DNA of 64,000 nt from contig OZ241744.1 in the NCBI GenBank assembly GCA_965200965.1, positions 2,528,001 through 2,592,000 on the forward strand, written 5' to 3'. The stretch comes from an uncultured Candidatus Binatia bacterium. Its GTDB lineage: Bacteria > Desulfobacterota > Binatia > Bin18. The notes beneath the pieces were generated by a model, which saw only the letters and a program-made list of their open reading frames with translations, was not told the origin of the DNA and ran no database searches. Shown here one piece after another: positions 1-9,834 of this stretch. The position numbers and the translations under genes were made by a program. Every line of letters starts with the position of its first letter. Position 1 is the stretch's first letter.

Positions 1-938
1 GCAAGCCCGACGGCTCGTTTGAGGGACTGGACCTCGATCGGGGCAAACGGACGATAGGCACCTGGGACGAGATCGCTGAGCACGATTGGACCAAAGCGGA
101 CCCGGATCAGCTTTTCGACCGGATAGCCGATGGCCTCACACATCTGTCGGACTTCGTGGTGGCGGCCTTGGTGTAAGGTCAACTCAATCCAGGTTTTTCG
201 CTCGGTGCGGCGGATGGTGCGGAGTTCGACCGGTCCGCTCAGTCGCCCGTCGGCCAGCGGTACGCCGTTTTTGAGCCTGGCGAGTGCGCGTGGCAAGCAC
301 CTCCCGGTCAGCTTGACGTGGTAGGTCCGGGGAATCTGATAGCGCGGATGAAGCAGGCGGGCGGTCAGCTCGCCGTCATTGGTCAGCAGGAGCAGACCGG
401 CCGAGTAATAATCGAGCCGACCGACCGGAAAGATGCGCTCACGGACCTCAGCGAGCAGTTCACGAACCGTTGGCCGCCCTTCCGGGTCGGCCAGCGTACT
501 GACCACGCCGGTCGGTTTGTTGAGCAGAAAATACAGCCGGGCCGGATCGAATGACACCGGCTGGGCGTCAACAACGATGGTGTCACGTCTCGGATCCGCG
601 CTTGTCCCCAGCCGGGTGATCGTCTGGCCGTTGACCTGGACCTTGCCGGCCTGGATCAGCGTCTCCGCTTTCCGGCGTGAACTTACCCCCGCCTGACTCA
701 ACAGCTTGTGCAGGCGCTGGGCGCGCGTAGGGAGTGCTGGCTTGGGCGGCTGGTCCGCTTGAGATCGAAGACGAATTGTGCGGTCGGTCCGGTGTGGTTT
801 CCGGACCGTTTGCCTGGCGGCTTGGCGCGGCTTGGGCTTCGTTCTCAGGGTTCGGTATAGCTTGGGCATGTGGCTCTCCGCGGTTGGTGATACTGCTCGT
901 GGCGTCTCTTCCCGGCGGGCTGTCGGGCGTGTCGTCAA
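1..938 (-). CDS. rluB: 23S rRNA pseudouridine synthase (RluB/RsuA family), 3' end outside window
   Basis: Not in ORF track because it runs off the window. Manual translation gives S4 motif QRLHKLLSQAGVSSRRKAETLIQAGKVQVNG and C-terminal LHQGRHHEVRQMCEAIG; follows scpB. Start is TTG 938 or ATG 869. Confidence 0.9.
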   Translation of the reverse strand, partial: MTTRPTARREETPRAVSPTAESHMPKLYRTLRTKPKPRQAARQTVRKPHRTDRTIRLRSQADQPPKPALPTRAQRLHKLLSQAGVSSRRKAETLIQAGKVQVNGQTITRLGTSADPRRDTIVVDAQPVSFDPARLYFLLNKPTGVVSTLADPEGRPTVRELLAEVRERIFPVGRLDYYSAGLLLLTNDGELTARLLHPRYQIPRTYHVKLTGRCLPRALARLKNGVPLADGRLSGPVELRTIRRTERKTWIELTLHQGRHHEVRQMCEAIGYPVEKLIRVRFGPIVLSDLVPGAYRPFAPIEVQSLKRAVGL

Positions 939-1486
939 GGGCTTGGTCGGCCAGGGGGTTGAGGCTCGGTTCGTGGATGTCGGTCGGGCAGCCGCGGTAA
1001 ATCGCTCAGGTCGTTCAGACCAAAGAGTTCCAGAAACTGGGGGGTTGTGCCGTACACCCAGGGCCGCCCGGGCACATCTTTGCGGCCCATTTCACGGATC
1101 AGTTTTTTGGTCAGCAGCGAGTGCAGAACGCCGTCGACTGTCACCCCGCGAACTGCCTCAATATCCAGCTTGGTGATGGGCTGACGGTAGGCAACAATGG
1201 CCAGGGTCTCCAGGGCTGCCCGGCTGAGTCGGCCAGGTCTTTCTTGCAGCAGCACCTTGACGTACTCGGCGTTACCCGGCGCGGTGCGAAACTGGTAGCC
1301 GCCGGCGACCTCGGCAAAAATAATACCCCGGCCCGGGGCGCGATATTCCTGGCGCAAGAGCGACAGGGCCGGTTTGACTTCTGCCGGTGCCAGCCCGATG
1401 ACTTCTGACAGTCGACGGAGAGAGACCGGGTTGCCAGCGGCAAAGATCAGGCTTTCGACAATGATTTTGAGGGCGGTGAGCTCCAT
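935..1486 (-). CDS. scpB: SMC-Scp complex subunit ScpB
   Basis: LSRAALETLAIVAYRQPIT and GRP..YGTT..FLELFGL..LSDLP motifs. Confidence 0.95.
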   Translation of the reverse strand: MELTALKIIVESLIFAAGNPVSLRRLSEVIGLAPAEVKPALSLLRQEYRAPGRGIIFAEVAGGYQFRTAPGNAEYVKVLLQERPGRLSRAALETLAIVAYRQPITKLDIEAVRGVTVDGVLHSLLTKKLIREMGRKDVPGRPWVYGTTPQFLELFGLNDLSDLPRLPDRHPRTEPQPPGRPSP

Positions 1487-1492
1487 ACAGGC

Positions 1493-2233
1493 TTAGCGCT
1501 GCTCCAGGCTGGGCGGCAGCGGGGTGTCCGGGCTGACGGCCAGGCTCAGCAGAATGGGACCAAAAGGGACTGCTTGTTGCATATCGATCATCCGGCTCCT
1601 GACCAGTTCCAAACTGGCCAGGAAGGTGACGAGAATCTGCAATCGGGTTGTATCGGCTGAGAATAATTCGATGAAAGTGATACGGCCGCGTTCCCGCAGC
1701 AGGTCAAGGACGACACCCACGCGCTCGCGCAAAGAGACCTGCTCAAGAACAATCTCATGCACCAGCTCGGGCTCGGCCTTTTTCAGCATGTCCCGCAGGG
1801 CGTCAAGCAGGTCTCCCAGACCGACGGCGTGGATATGCTCGGGCTGGGCTGGGCTGGGCAGCGGCGGGCGGGTGAAGACATCCCGGCCCAGGAGGAGCTT
1901 GCGGTCAAGCGTTGCCGCGGCTTCCTTGAAGCGTTGATATTCGAGCAGCTGCCGGGCCAGCTCGGCCCGAGGGTCAGGGCCGCCGTCCTCCTCAACCGCC
2001 TCCTGTGTGGGCAGCAGCAGACGTGATTTGAGGTGTAACAGAGTGGCAGCCATGACCAGATATTCTCCGGCCAGACCAAGGTCAAGCTGTTGGAGCAGGT
2101 CCAGGTAGCCGAGGTATTGATCGGTGATGCTGGCGACCGGAATGTCCGAGAGCTTGAGCTCGTTCTTTTTGACCAAGTGCAGGAGGAGGTCAAGCGGCCC
2201 CTCAAAGACCTCGAGTCTGACACGGTAGGACAT
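1493..2233 (-). CDS. scpA: Segregation/condensation protein ScpA
   Basis: FEGPLDLLLHL, EYLVMAATLLHLKSRLLLP. Confidence 0.95.
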   Translation of the reverse strand: MSYRVRLEVFEGPLDLLLHLVKKNELKLSDIPVASITDQYLGYLDLLQQLDLGLAGEYLVMAATLLHLKSRLLLPTQEAVEEDGGPDPRAELARQLLEYQRFKEAAATLDRKLLLGRDVFTRPPLPSPAQPEHIHAVGLGDLLDALRDMLKKAEPELVHEIVLEQVSLRERVGVVLDLLRERGRITFIELFSADTTRLQILVTFLASLELVRSRMIDMQQAVPFGPILLSLAVSPDTPLPPSLEQR

Positions 2234-2244
2234 GTGCCGGCCTC

Positions 2245-2895
2245 CTACAGCAGGGCGTGGAGGATGAAGGCAATGACCGGGCGAATAATATCGCCCAGCA
2301 CCCCGGTCAGCAGCAGCCCGATAATGATGAACATGCCATACGGCTCAAGCCGCGCGAGGGGCAGAGCCAAGCCGTGCGGCAGCAGGCCGACGGCCACCCG
2401 TCCGCCATCCAGGGGAGGCAGGGGGAAGAGGTTGAACACCGCCAGAGCCACATTGATGACGATGCTGGCTGTCAGCATGGCCGCCACCAGACTCGTGGTC
2501 GCCGCTTGGGTCAGTGGAAGGTCGGTCGGCAACTGACCGGTCTGGAGGGAGTGAAGAAGAAAGGCTGAAATCAAGGCTAAGCCCAGATTCATAGCCGGGC
2601 CGGCGGCCGCAACATAGACCATATCCCGGCGGGGATTGCGGAGATTGGCAAAGTTGACCGGGACGGGTTTAGCGTAGCCGAACAGCAAGGGCGAGCCTGT
2701 TACAATCAGCACCAGCGGGAGCAAGACGGTACCGAACAGATCGACATGGGCGAGCGGATTCAGCCTCAGTCGTCCGAGCCGGGCTGCGGTTGAATCACCC
2801 AGCCGGCGGGCCGTGTAGCCGTGGGCCAACTCGTGCAGGACGACTGCCACCAGGACCGGAACCGACCAGAAGGCGATTTGTATCGCAAGCTCCAC
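2245..2895 (-). CDS. Site-2 (M50) membrane zinc metalloprotease
   Basis: HELAH, AAGPAMN and FNLFPLPPLDGG motifs. Confidence 0.92.
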   Translation of the reverse strand: MELAIQIAFWSVPVLVAVVLHELAHGYTARRLGDSTAARLGRLRLNPLAHVDLFGTVLLPLVLIVTGSPLLFGYAKPVPVNFANLRNPRRDMVYVAAAGPAMNLGLALISAFLLHSLQTGQLPTDLPLTQAATTSLVAAMLTASIVINVALAVFNLFPLPPLDGGRVAVGLLPHGLALPLARLEPYGMFIIIGLLLTGVLGDIIRPVIAFILHALL

Positions 2896-3052
2896 GGCAC
2901 ACAGTGTATAGCCTCACGGCTGGAGAGACAAGAGACTAGGTGTGATATGGATCAGGGGGCCGGCTGAGTGGTGCGGGAGGGTAGCGCAACCACATCAGCC
3001 GGCCCGGGGGGTGCAGGCAGGTCCTATCCAGTCTGAGCCGTGTCACACCCGA

Positions 3053-3081
3053 ATGACAGTCGCATGACAATTTCGTGAAAG
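3053..3081 (-). promoter_or_regulatory. Putative Pho box (three half-sites at 11-bp period)
   Basis: Minus strand CTTTCAC-gaaa-TTGTCAT-gcga-CTGTCAT resembles PhoB consensus CTGTCAT-N4-CTGT(C/A)A(C/T). Confidence 0.55.
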
Positions 3082-3109
3082 TCGCCGTGGGCAATCGTTG
3101 CTGTCTTCC

Positions 3110-5266
3110 TCATCGGTTGGCAACGATATCGCTCAGGTTGGCTCGGCTGCGGTTCTGGGAGTTCAGGATATCGGGGAGCATCTCGCCGGTTCGGGTAAAC
3201 TCGTACAGCCGTTCCTGGGAGCGAATGAAGGGGGCGGCCTCTCTGGGCAGGTAGCGCGAGCGGCCGTCGGCCAGGACTTCCCGGGCCTTGCGTGTGTCGG
3301 CCAACTGAATGTCCAGCATATGCCCAAGTTGGGCTTGGAGCGTGGGGTCAAGCACGGGAAAGGCAACCTCGACCCGGTAGTCGAGATTGCGCGGCATCCA
3401 GTCGGCAGAGGATAAAAAATACTCCGGCTCGTCGGCGTTCTGAAAATAGAAAATCCGGGCGTGTTCCAGAAAGCGGTCAATAATAGAAATCACGCGGATA
3501 TTGTCTGACACGCCGGCGAGTCCGGGCCGGAGGCAGCAAATACCGCGGACAATCAGGTCAGTCTGCACCCCGGCCTGGCTGGCGGCGTAGAGTTCTTCGA
3601 TGAGGGTTCGGTCAACCAGACTGTTGAGCTTGGCAATGAGGCGAGCCGGCCGGCCGGCCTGGGCGTGCTCAATTTCACGCCGGATGCGGGCAATCATGCT
3701 GTCTCGGAGTTGGGTCGGGGCAACCAGGAGGTGATGGAAGTGCTGGGACTCGGTATAGCCGGTCAGCATATTGAACAGCTGGGTCAGGTCTTCGCCAAAC
3801 GATTCTCGACAGGTGAACAGCCCGAGGTCGCCGTAGATCGTGCTGGTTTTGACGTTGTAGTTGCCGGTCGCCAAGTGGCAGTAGCGACGAATCCCGTCCG
3901 CTTCTTGACGGACGACTAAGCAGGCTTTGCAGTGGGTCTTGTAGCCGACAAGGCCGTAGACCACATGCGCGCCGACCTCTTCCAAGGCCCGCGCCCAGGA
4001 GATATTGGCCTCTTCGTCAAAGCGGGCGCGCAGCTCGACAAGGACCGCGACTTCTTTGCCGGCTTCGGCGGCCTTGGTCAGCGCCCGCGCAATCGGCGAG
4101 CTGGGGCTTACCCGGTAGAGGGTCATCTTAATGGCCAGGACTTTGGGATCGCGGGTGGCTTCTTCAACAAAATTGGTGACCGCGTCAAAGGACTGATAGG
4201 GGTGATGGACAAGAATGTCGCTGTCGCGGATCGCCTGCCAGATGCTCGTCGTGCGTTCAAAGGCCGGTACCGGCAGCGGCGGCATGGGCCGGTCTTTGAG
4301 CTGCGGCAGGTCAACCGCGGCGTAGAGTTGGAACAGATCGGTAAAGGCGGTAAAGCCCTTGCTGGCGTACAAGTCGGGCTGTTGGAGGTCAAGCTCGTCC
4401 ACCAGTAGCGACAAGATGTTGGCCGGCAGGTCGGTGTCATACTGGAGCCGCACCGCGGTACCCATGCGTCGCTCGCGCATGGCTTCCTCAATGCTGGTCA
4501 GCATATCTTCCAGGTGGTCCTCGGGCAACTCAAAGTCGGCGTCGCGGGTCACGCGCACCGCGTGACTGGAAAGAATCTCATAGCCCTGGTACAGACGGGG
4601 CAGGCAGTGCTGTAACACGTCTTCGAGCAAAATAAAGGCGTACTGACCGGACCCGGTGGGCAGAGAAATAAAACGTGGCACCACATGACCTGGAATGTGG
4701 ACCATAGCCAGCGGGGTACGCGGCAGATGCGACCGGCTCAGCGGCCGCAGCCCGGCTACCAGGTACAGCGAGCGGTTGGCCAGATGCGGGAACGGGTGGC
4801 CGGGATCGATGGCCAGCGGCGTGAGGATCGGAAAGAGGGTTTTGCGAAAAAAGTCTTCAAGAAAGCGCTCCTGCTCGGCGTCTAAGGCCGACGGAGTGAC
4901 AAACTGAACGCCGGCCTCGGCGAGGTGCGGGTGGATGGTGTCCAGAAAACACCGGTGTTGCTCGTCAACGAGTTCGTGAACCCGGGCCGAGATGGCCACT
5001 AGTACCTGGCTCGGCGTCAGCCCGTCCGGGCTGACCTGAAAGTTGCCCTCGCGGATCTGTCGCTTGACGCCGGCGACGCGGACCATGAAGAATTCGTCCA
5101 GATTTGAGCTGAAGATGGACAGGAACTTGATCCGTTCCAGCAGCGGTACGCTCTCGTCCTGGGCTTCTTCCAGGACCCGTTTATTGAACTCCAGCCAGGA
5201 CAGTTCCCGGTTGATAAGGGGCGGCTCGGTCGGGGGGGTCAAAGGTTTCTCGCATGAGGATGCCAT
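3110..5266 (-). CDS. ppk1: Polyphosphate kinase 1
   Basis: INRELSWLEFNKRVL, DILVHHPYQSF, KTHCK, SSADWMPRNL; ATG at 5266 with GGAG RBS. Confidence 0.97.
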   Translation of the reverse strand: MASSCEKPLTPPTEPPLINRELSWLEFNKRVLEEAQDESVPLLERIKFLSIFSSNLDEFFMVRVAGVKRQIREGNFQVSPDGLTPSQVLVAISARVHELVDEQHRCFLDTIHPHLAEAGVQFVTPSALDAEQERFLEDFFRKTLFPILTPLAIDPGHPFPHLANRSLYLVAGLRPLSRSHLPRTPLAMVHIPGHVVPRFISLPTGSGQYAFILLEDVLQHCLPRLYQGYEILSSHAVRVTRDADFELPEDHLEDMLTSIEEAMRERRMGTAVRLQYDTDLPANILSLLVDELDLQQPDLYASKGFTAFTDLFQLYAAVDLPQLKDRPMPPLPVPAFERTTSIWQAIRDSDILVHHPYQSFDAVTNFVEEATRDPKVLAIKMTLYRVSPSSPIARALTKAAEAGKEVAVLVELRARFDEEANISWARALEEVGAHVVYGLVGYKTHCKACLVVRQEADGIRRYCHLATGNYNVKTSTIYGDLGLFTCRESFGEDLTQLFNMLTGYTESQHFHHLLVAPTQLRDSMIARIRREIEHAQAGRPARLIAKLNSLVDRTLIEELYAASQAGVQTDLIVRGICCLRPGLAGVSDNIRVISIIDRFLEHARIFYFQNADEPEYFLSSADWMPRNLDYRVEVAFPVLDPTLQAQLGHMLDIQLADTRKAREVLADGRSRYLPREAAPFIRSQERLYEFTRTGEMLPDILNSQNRSRANLSDIVANR

Positions 5267-6197
5267 GTCGGACTCCTCCCTGGGGAAGAACGGTGAGGCG
5301 GTCAAGCCCGCTGCGCAGCATGACCTCCTCAACTGTCACCATACCGGCGACAATGATATCAGCCCGCTCGGCCTTGATCCCGGGGTACGCGCGTTCTTCA
5401 GCAGGAATTTCTCCCAGGCGTTCAAGGAACATGGTAATCACAGACCGCTGTAGCGGGAAAAATTTGTTTTGACAAGCTGGCCGTTTGCGGCCTTGCAAGG
5501 TAGACGATGATCGCTTCTTTGACCGGGGGCTGTCATCGGCCACCTCGTTGGCCTTCTTCATGCGCCACAGGGTGCGGACTGTGCCTCCGAGCCCGATCAA
5601 TGCTTCATGCTCCTGGGCTGGGGTCAGGACATCTTCCAGTTGAGCGGTGATTTCCTGGCGCAGACTGGTGATCTCGCTCGGGCGGGGCGGGTCGTGGCGT
5701 AAGAAGCGGGCGGTTGTCCGGACCACCCCGAGTGGCAGGCTGACGGCCGACAGGATATGGCCGTTGTTGACGCGGGTGAGTTGGAGGCTGCCGCCACCCA
5801 GGTCAAGGATCAAGCCGCTCCACTCGGGCCAGCGGTGGAGTACGGTCCGGGCCCCAAGATACGCCTCTTCTTCGCCGCTCAGGATATGAACGCTGATACC
5901 AGCGTCCCGGTGCAGGGGTTCAAGCAGGCTCATCTTATTGGTCGCGTCTCGGACCGCGGCGGTGGCTACCGCAATCACGCGCGTCTCTGTATCACGGATA
6001 TCGTTCAGGAAATTCCCCACCGCTCTGAGCGTCTTGCGAACGGCCGACGGCTTGAGCAGATCGGGGCTCCCGCTGCCCAAGCGGGTAGACACCCGCTGCT
6101 GAGACAAGACCTCAAAAGCGTGTCCTGGTGTGATACGGGCGGTCAGCAAACGGACGGCGTTTGATCCGAGATCAACAAGAGCAATACGTTCAGGCAT
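5181..6197 (-). CDS. ppx: Ppx/GppA exopolyphosphatase (short form, no HD domain)
   Basis: VDLGSNAVRL, ATAAVRDA, ILSGEEEA, DLGGGS; overlaps ppk1 start. Confidence 0.9.
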   Translation of the reverse strand: MPERIALVDLGSNAVRLLTARITPGHAFEVLSQQRVSTRLGSGSPDLLKPSAVRKTLRAVGNFLNDIRDTETRVIAVATAAVRDATNKMSLLEPLHRDAGISVHILSGEEEAYLGARTVLHRWPEWSGLILDLGGGSLQLTRVNNGHILSAVSLPLGVVRTTARFLRHDPPRPSEITSLRQEITAQLEDVLTPAQEHEALIGLGGTVRTLWRMKKANEVADDSPRSKKRSSSTLQGRKRPACQNKFFPLQRSVITMFLERLGEIPAEERAYPGIKAERADIIVAGMVTVEEVMLRSGLDRLTVLPQGGVRHGILMRETFDPPDRAAPYQPGTVLAGVQ

Positions 6198-6271
6198 GGT
6201 CGTATAAGCAGGCGATCTGCGGCTTTCTATCGCTCTCCTCAGGCAAAACAGGAACTTAGCATACGCAGCCT

Positions 6272-6289
6272 CTGTTACAAGGGTGTTAC
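6272..6289 (+). promoter_or_regulatory. Pho-box-like direct repeat between divergent ppx and mgtE
   Basis: CTGTTAC-aagg-GTGTTAC, 11-bp period. Confidence 0.4.
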
Positions 6290-6353
6290 CCCCTGATGAA
6301 ATATGGACTATTCATATTGCCTGGAAGGTCATCATCATTCACTGTCCTACCGA

Positions 6354-6404
6354 AAGGACGGAGCGTGTCGCCTTCCTCTCGCTCTGATGACACGCTCCGT
6401 CCTT
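6354..6404. repeat. Palindromic element family A (45-bp core 6357-6401), upstream of or in the N-terminus of mgtE
   Basis: Perfect 16-bp inverted repeat AAGGACGGAGCGTGTC/GACACGCTCCGTCCTT with 19-nt loop. Confidence 0.9.
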
Positions 6405-6413
6405 GCATACACC

Positions 6414-7793
6414 ATGACCTCGACTTCGGTCCCTCAAGCGAGTTCTCCTGACCGTGACGCCGCCCTCGCTGACTTGGTGATTGCGGCAGCATCAGGCCAG
6501 GATGAGCGGGTGCGGGCGGGCATTACCAGTCTGCACACAGCCGACATCGCCGAACTGCTCAACCTGCTTGAAGAAGCCGAGACCAAACAGCGGATCTTCG
6601 GTTTTCTGCCGCCTCAGTTGGCCTCTGAGGTGTTGAGCTTTGTTGCCCCGCCCACCCAGGAAATCCTGACCCGGCAGTTGTCCAACGCCGTCCTGGGTAC
6701 GGTGGTTGAACACATCGAATCGGACGATGCGGTCGATCTGCTGGCAACGCTGTCTCCCCAGCGGACCAACGCTGTGCTGGAGCATGTTTCCGAAGACCTG
6801 GCCGCCGATATCAGCCAGCTGATGCGCCATCCCGATGATGTGGCCGGCGGCATTATGCAGACCGAGTACATCGCGGTCGGGGAGGGTGCCCGGGTTGAGC
6901 GGGCAATCGAAACCATCCGCAGCCATGTCAATGAGGTGAGCGATCTGCACAGCGTTTTTATTGTCAATCCGATCGGCAATCTGGTTGGCGTCCTGCCGCT
7001 CAGAAAGTTGATCCTGGCCCGTCCAACCGAGTTGGTTGAACACCTCATGGATCGTCAAGTGATTTCGGTCCGGGTCGATCTTGACCAGGAGGCCGTCGCC
7101 CAGGTGTGTCAGAAATACGATCTGGTGTCCCTGCCGGTGGTGGACGCCGAGGGCAAGTTAGTCGGGTTGATCACGGTCGATGACGTGGTTGACGTGCTGG
7201 AAGAAGAAGCCACCGAAGACATCTATAAGCTGGCCAACCTGAGTCAGGAAGAAGAGGTGTTTGAACCGCCGTGGCAGTCAATTCGGCACCGTCTGCCGTG
7301 GTTGGGGCTCAACCTAATCACCACCAGCCTGAGTGCGGCGGTCATTGCCTTTTTTGAAGACACGATTCGGGCCTTGGCCGTGGCCGCGGCGTTCATGACT
7401 ATCGTCGCCGCCCAAGGCGGCAATGCCGGCATTCAGACTTTGACCCTCACGGTGCGCGGCTTGGCACTGGGCGAGGTGAGCCTGAACCACGCCAGGCGGG
7501 TGTTGTTCAAAGAGTTGAGTGTGGCGCTGGGCAACGGGCTGATCCTGGGCCTCGTGGCCGGGGCGGTGGCGTATCTGTGGGAGGGGAGTCCCCTGCTGGG
7601 CGGGGTGTTAGCCCTGGCGCTGGTCGTCAACTTGGTGGTGGCGGCTGTCGTGGGCAGTATGGTACCATTTTTGTTGGAGCGCTGTGGGGTTGATCCGGCG
7701 GTGGCGTCCAACGTCTTTGTCACCGCCTGCACCGATATTTTTGGCTTCTTTTCCTTTTTGGGAATTCTCGCCCTTTTGTGGGGCTCGGGGTGA
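6414..7793 (+). CDS. mgtE: Magnesium transporter MgtE
   Basis: N domain, CBS pair (AGGIMQTEY; KYDLVSLPVVD), TM domain RLPWL, GGNAGIQT, DPAVAS; frame also open from 6303. Confidence 0.95.
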   Translation: MTSTSVPQASSPDRDAALADLVIAAASGQDERVRAGITSLHTADIAELLNLLEEAETKQRIFGFLPPQLASEVLSFVAPPTQEILTRQLSNAVLGTVVEHIESDDAVDLLATLSPQRTNAVLEHVSEDLAADISQLMRHPDDVAGGIMQTEYIAVGEGARVERAIETIRSHVNEVSDLHSVFIVNPIGNLVGVLPLRKLILARPTELVEHLMDRQVISVRVDLDQEAVAQVCQKYDLVSLPVVDAEGKLVGLITVDDVVDVLEEEATEDIYKLANLSQEEEVFEPPWQSIRHRLPWLGLNLITTSLSAAVIAFFEDTIRALAVAAAFMTIVAAQGGNAGIQTLTLTVRGLALGEVSLNHARRVLFKELSVALGNGLILGLVAGAVAYLWEGSPLLGGVLALALVVNLVVAAVVGSMVPFLLERCGVDPAVASNVFVTACTDIFGFFSFLGILALLWGSG

Positions 7794-7825
7794 GAAACGT
7801 GATAGCCTTTTGTATGAGGAAGACA

Positions 7826-9130
7826 TCACGTTTCGCTTCTACGCTGTCCGGCTCCTGCCGGATGTGTCCCGTTCAGCGCATACTCCACAATGTCAAAGTT
7901 CCGTATACGCGCCCGACTCGCATAGGCATAGGCAACCGGCTCGGAGACAATAAACGGGACGTGCTGCTCGCTGAGCCCGCCGTGTGAGCGGAGGGGGACA
8001 TTGCCGAGCTGGGAGAGATCGTGCTCTGCCGGGCTGGAGCCAAGAACCGTGTTGCGATCTCCGATCACCACCAGGTCGCCCTCGCGGTCGGGCGGCAGGC
8101 CAAACTGCGTACACGCCTGTTCGCGTTCATAGACCGCGGCAACACCGGTCAGGTCTTGCACGACGCTGCCGACTGTGTGAACCGCCAGAGACGGGCAGTA
8201 AACCCGGACAAATGAACCTAGGGCACCGTGATGGACGACATAGGGATCGGTGATGGGGCAGATGACACGGGCCGTGCCAGGTTCAAAATGTTTGTCCAGG
8301 GCCTCTTGCAGAAAAATCACCCGAGGCTTGAAGTTCATGCCATGATCGGCGGTCAGCGCGACCAGGGCTCCTTTTGCGGCAAACTCGCCCAGCCGGGTAT
8401 CCAGGCTGCGATAAAAGGCGTCGGCCCGCGGATGACCTGGGGCGTGTTTATGCTGCACATAGTCGCTCAGGGACAGATACATGAAATCCGGCCGGTCGCG
8501 TTCGAGCAGGCGCAGGCCGGCGTCAAGGACAAACAGCGATACATCCGCCGAGTAGACCTCGGGTTGCTTTCGTCCAACCATGTCAGGGACATGGCTGATA
8601 CCGTTGTCCTCCATAGTACACTTGGCCGCCCGTTCAGCAGAGAAACATACCCCGCCCCTGAGCCGGTGTCCGAGCAGCCGGCGCAGCTTGTCTTTGGCGG
8701 TGATGATCACCACCTTGCAGCCGGCGTGGGACAGGACGGCCGGCAGCGTGTCACACCGTATGTAGGCCGGGTCGTTGAGCATGACCGCCCGGTTCTTGAG
8801 GGGGTCGAAAAAATAATTGCCCGAGATCCCATGCACGGACTGAGGCGTGCCAGTGACAATCGACAGGTTGTTGGGGTTGGTAAAGGTTGGCACTACGGCT
8901 TCGGCAATGGTAGCAAAACCGGTGTCGCAGAAGCCGTGCAGGGTGGGCAGAATCCCGTCGTTCAGTCCCCGCTCAATATAGGCCGGGTCACAGCCGTCAA
9001 CGCACACCACAACCACCGGCCGGCGCGGAACAGCGTAGGTCCGATCCTGCAAACGAACCGTTGGGGTTGAAGCAGTGAACGATTTGCCCGGAAGGTCATC
9101 CTCGTTCACTTTTGCGGGCATGAGCGACAT
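7826..9130 (-). CDS. phnA: Phosphonoacetate hydrolase (alkaline phosphatase superfamily)
   Basis: VVVCVDGC, PTFTNPNNLSIVTG, YLSLSDYVQHKHAPG, TADHGM, LRSHGG. Confidence 0.92.
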   Translation of the reverse strand: MSLMPAKVNEDDLPGKSFTASTPTVRLQDRTYAVPRRPVVVVCVDGCDPAYIERGLNDGILPTLHGFCDTGFATIAEAVVPTFTNPNNLSIVTGTPQSVHGISGNYFFDPLKNRAVMLNDPAYIRCDTLPAVLSHAGCKVVIITAKDKLRRLLGHRLRGGVCFSAERAAKCTMEDNGISHVPDMVGRKQPEVYSADVSLFVLDAGLRLLERDRPDFMYLSLSDYVQHKHAPGHPRADAFYRSLDTRLGEFAAKGALVALTADHGMNFKPRVIFLQEALDKHFEPGTARVICPITDPYVVHHGALGSFVRVYCPSLAVHTVGSVVQDLTGVAAVYEREQACTQFGLPPDREGDLVVIGDRNTVLGSSPAEHDLSQLGNVPLRSHGGLSEQHVPFIVSEPVAYAYASRARIRNFDIVEYALNGTHPAGAGQRRSET

Positions 9131-9216
9131 ATGCTCGGCGAGAAGATCTGGGAGTCTCCCGGCAGGCGACCTGGCCGCAGCACGCTGCGTTGAGCCTCAG
9201 TCTGTCCGGCGCAGGG

Positions 9217-9411
9217 TCAGTCGTCTGTCGGAGGTGTGTGTTCGATTTGGGTCAGGGCGTTTTGAAAAGCTTGAACCGAAACCTGATAGTCGCGCATCAG
9301 GCGACGCACATCAACAAGGTCTTCGGGGCGGGTCCGTAAGTGTTGAACGAGACGGGAAGTTGGCTCCTGTTGTCCAATATCGGAGGAGGCGGAGTTTGCA
9401 TCCGAGTCCAT
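9217..9411 (-). CDS. Small hypothetical protein (64 aa)
   Basis: ATG preceded by AAAGGAG RBS; same strand as and upstream of phnA. Confidence 0.6.
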   Translation of the reverse strand: MDSDANSASSDIGQQEPTSRLVQHLRTRPEDLVDVRRLMRDYQVSVQAFQNALTQIEHTPPTDD

Positions 9412-9834
9412 AAATACTCCTTTCTGGCCGATGAATTTGTGTCGAGGCGTACCTTAGCAGATACGCCGCCACGCCGCAAAGAGGAGACGGTGAACCGCGG
9501 GGTATTCGGCCGATTTTGTGACGACAGACGCAGGGCGAGCACACTGCCGCAAGCACTGATATATCAGAAGCCTGGGGGGCGGATGAGCTGTTTGTTACAA
9601 ACATATGACAATTCAGTGAAAACACAAGTGTGTTTGTCATCATTCCGGGTGCTGAGTCTGGCCGGGTGCAACACACATTCTGAGGAACAGCAGGCTGCGC
9701 GATCCGCGAGAAGGTGGGGGCGTCAGGTACTGCTGGCTGAGTAAGGTTCACATAATAAGAAAGACTAATGTTTTATTAAATTTTAATTCTTTTCAACTTA
9801 TATTCCAATTTCTTCCGTGTCTGCTATATTCGGG

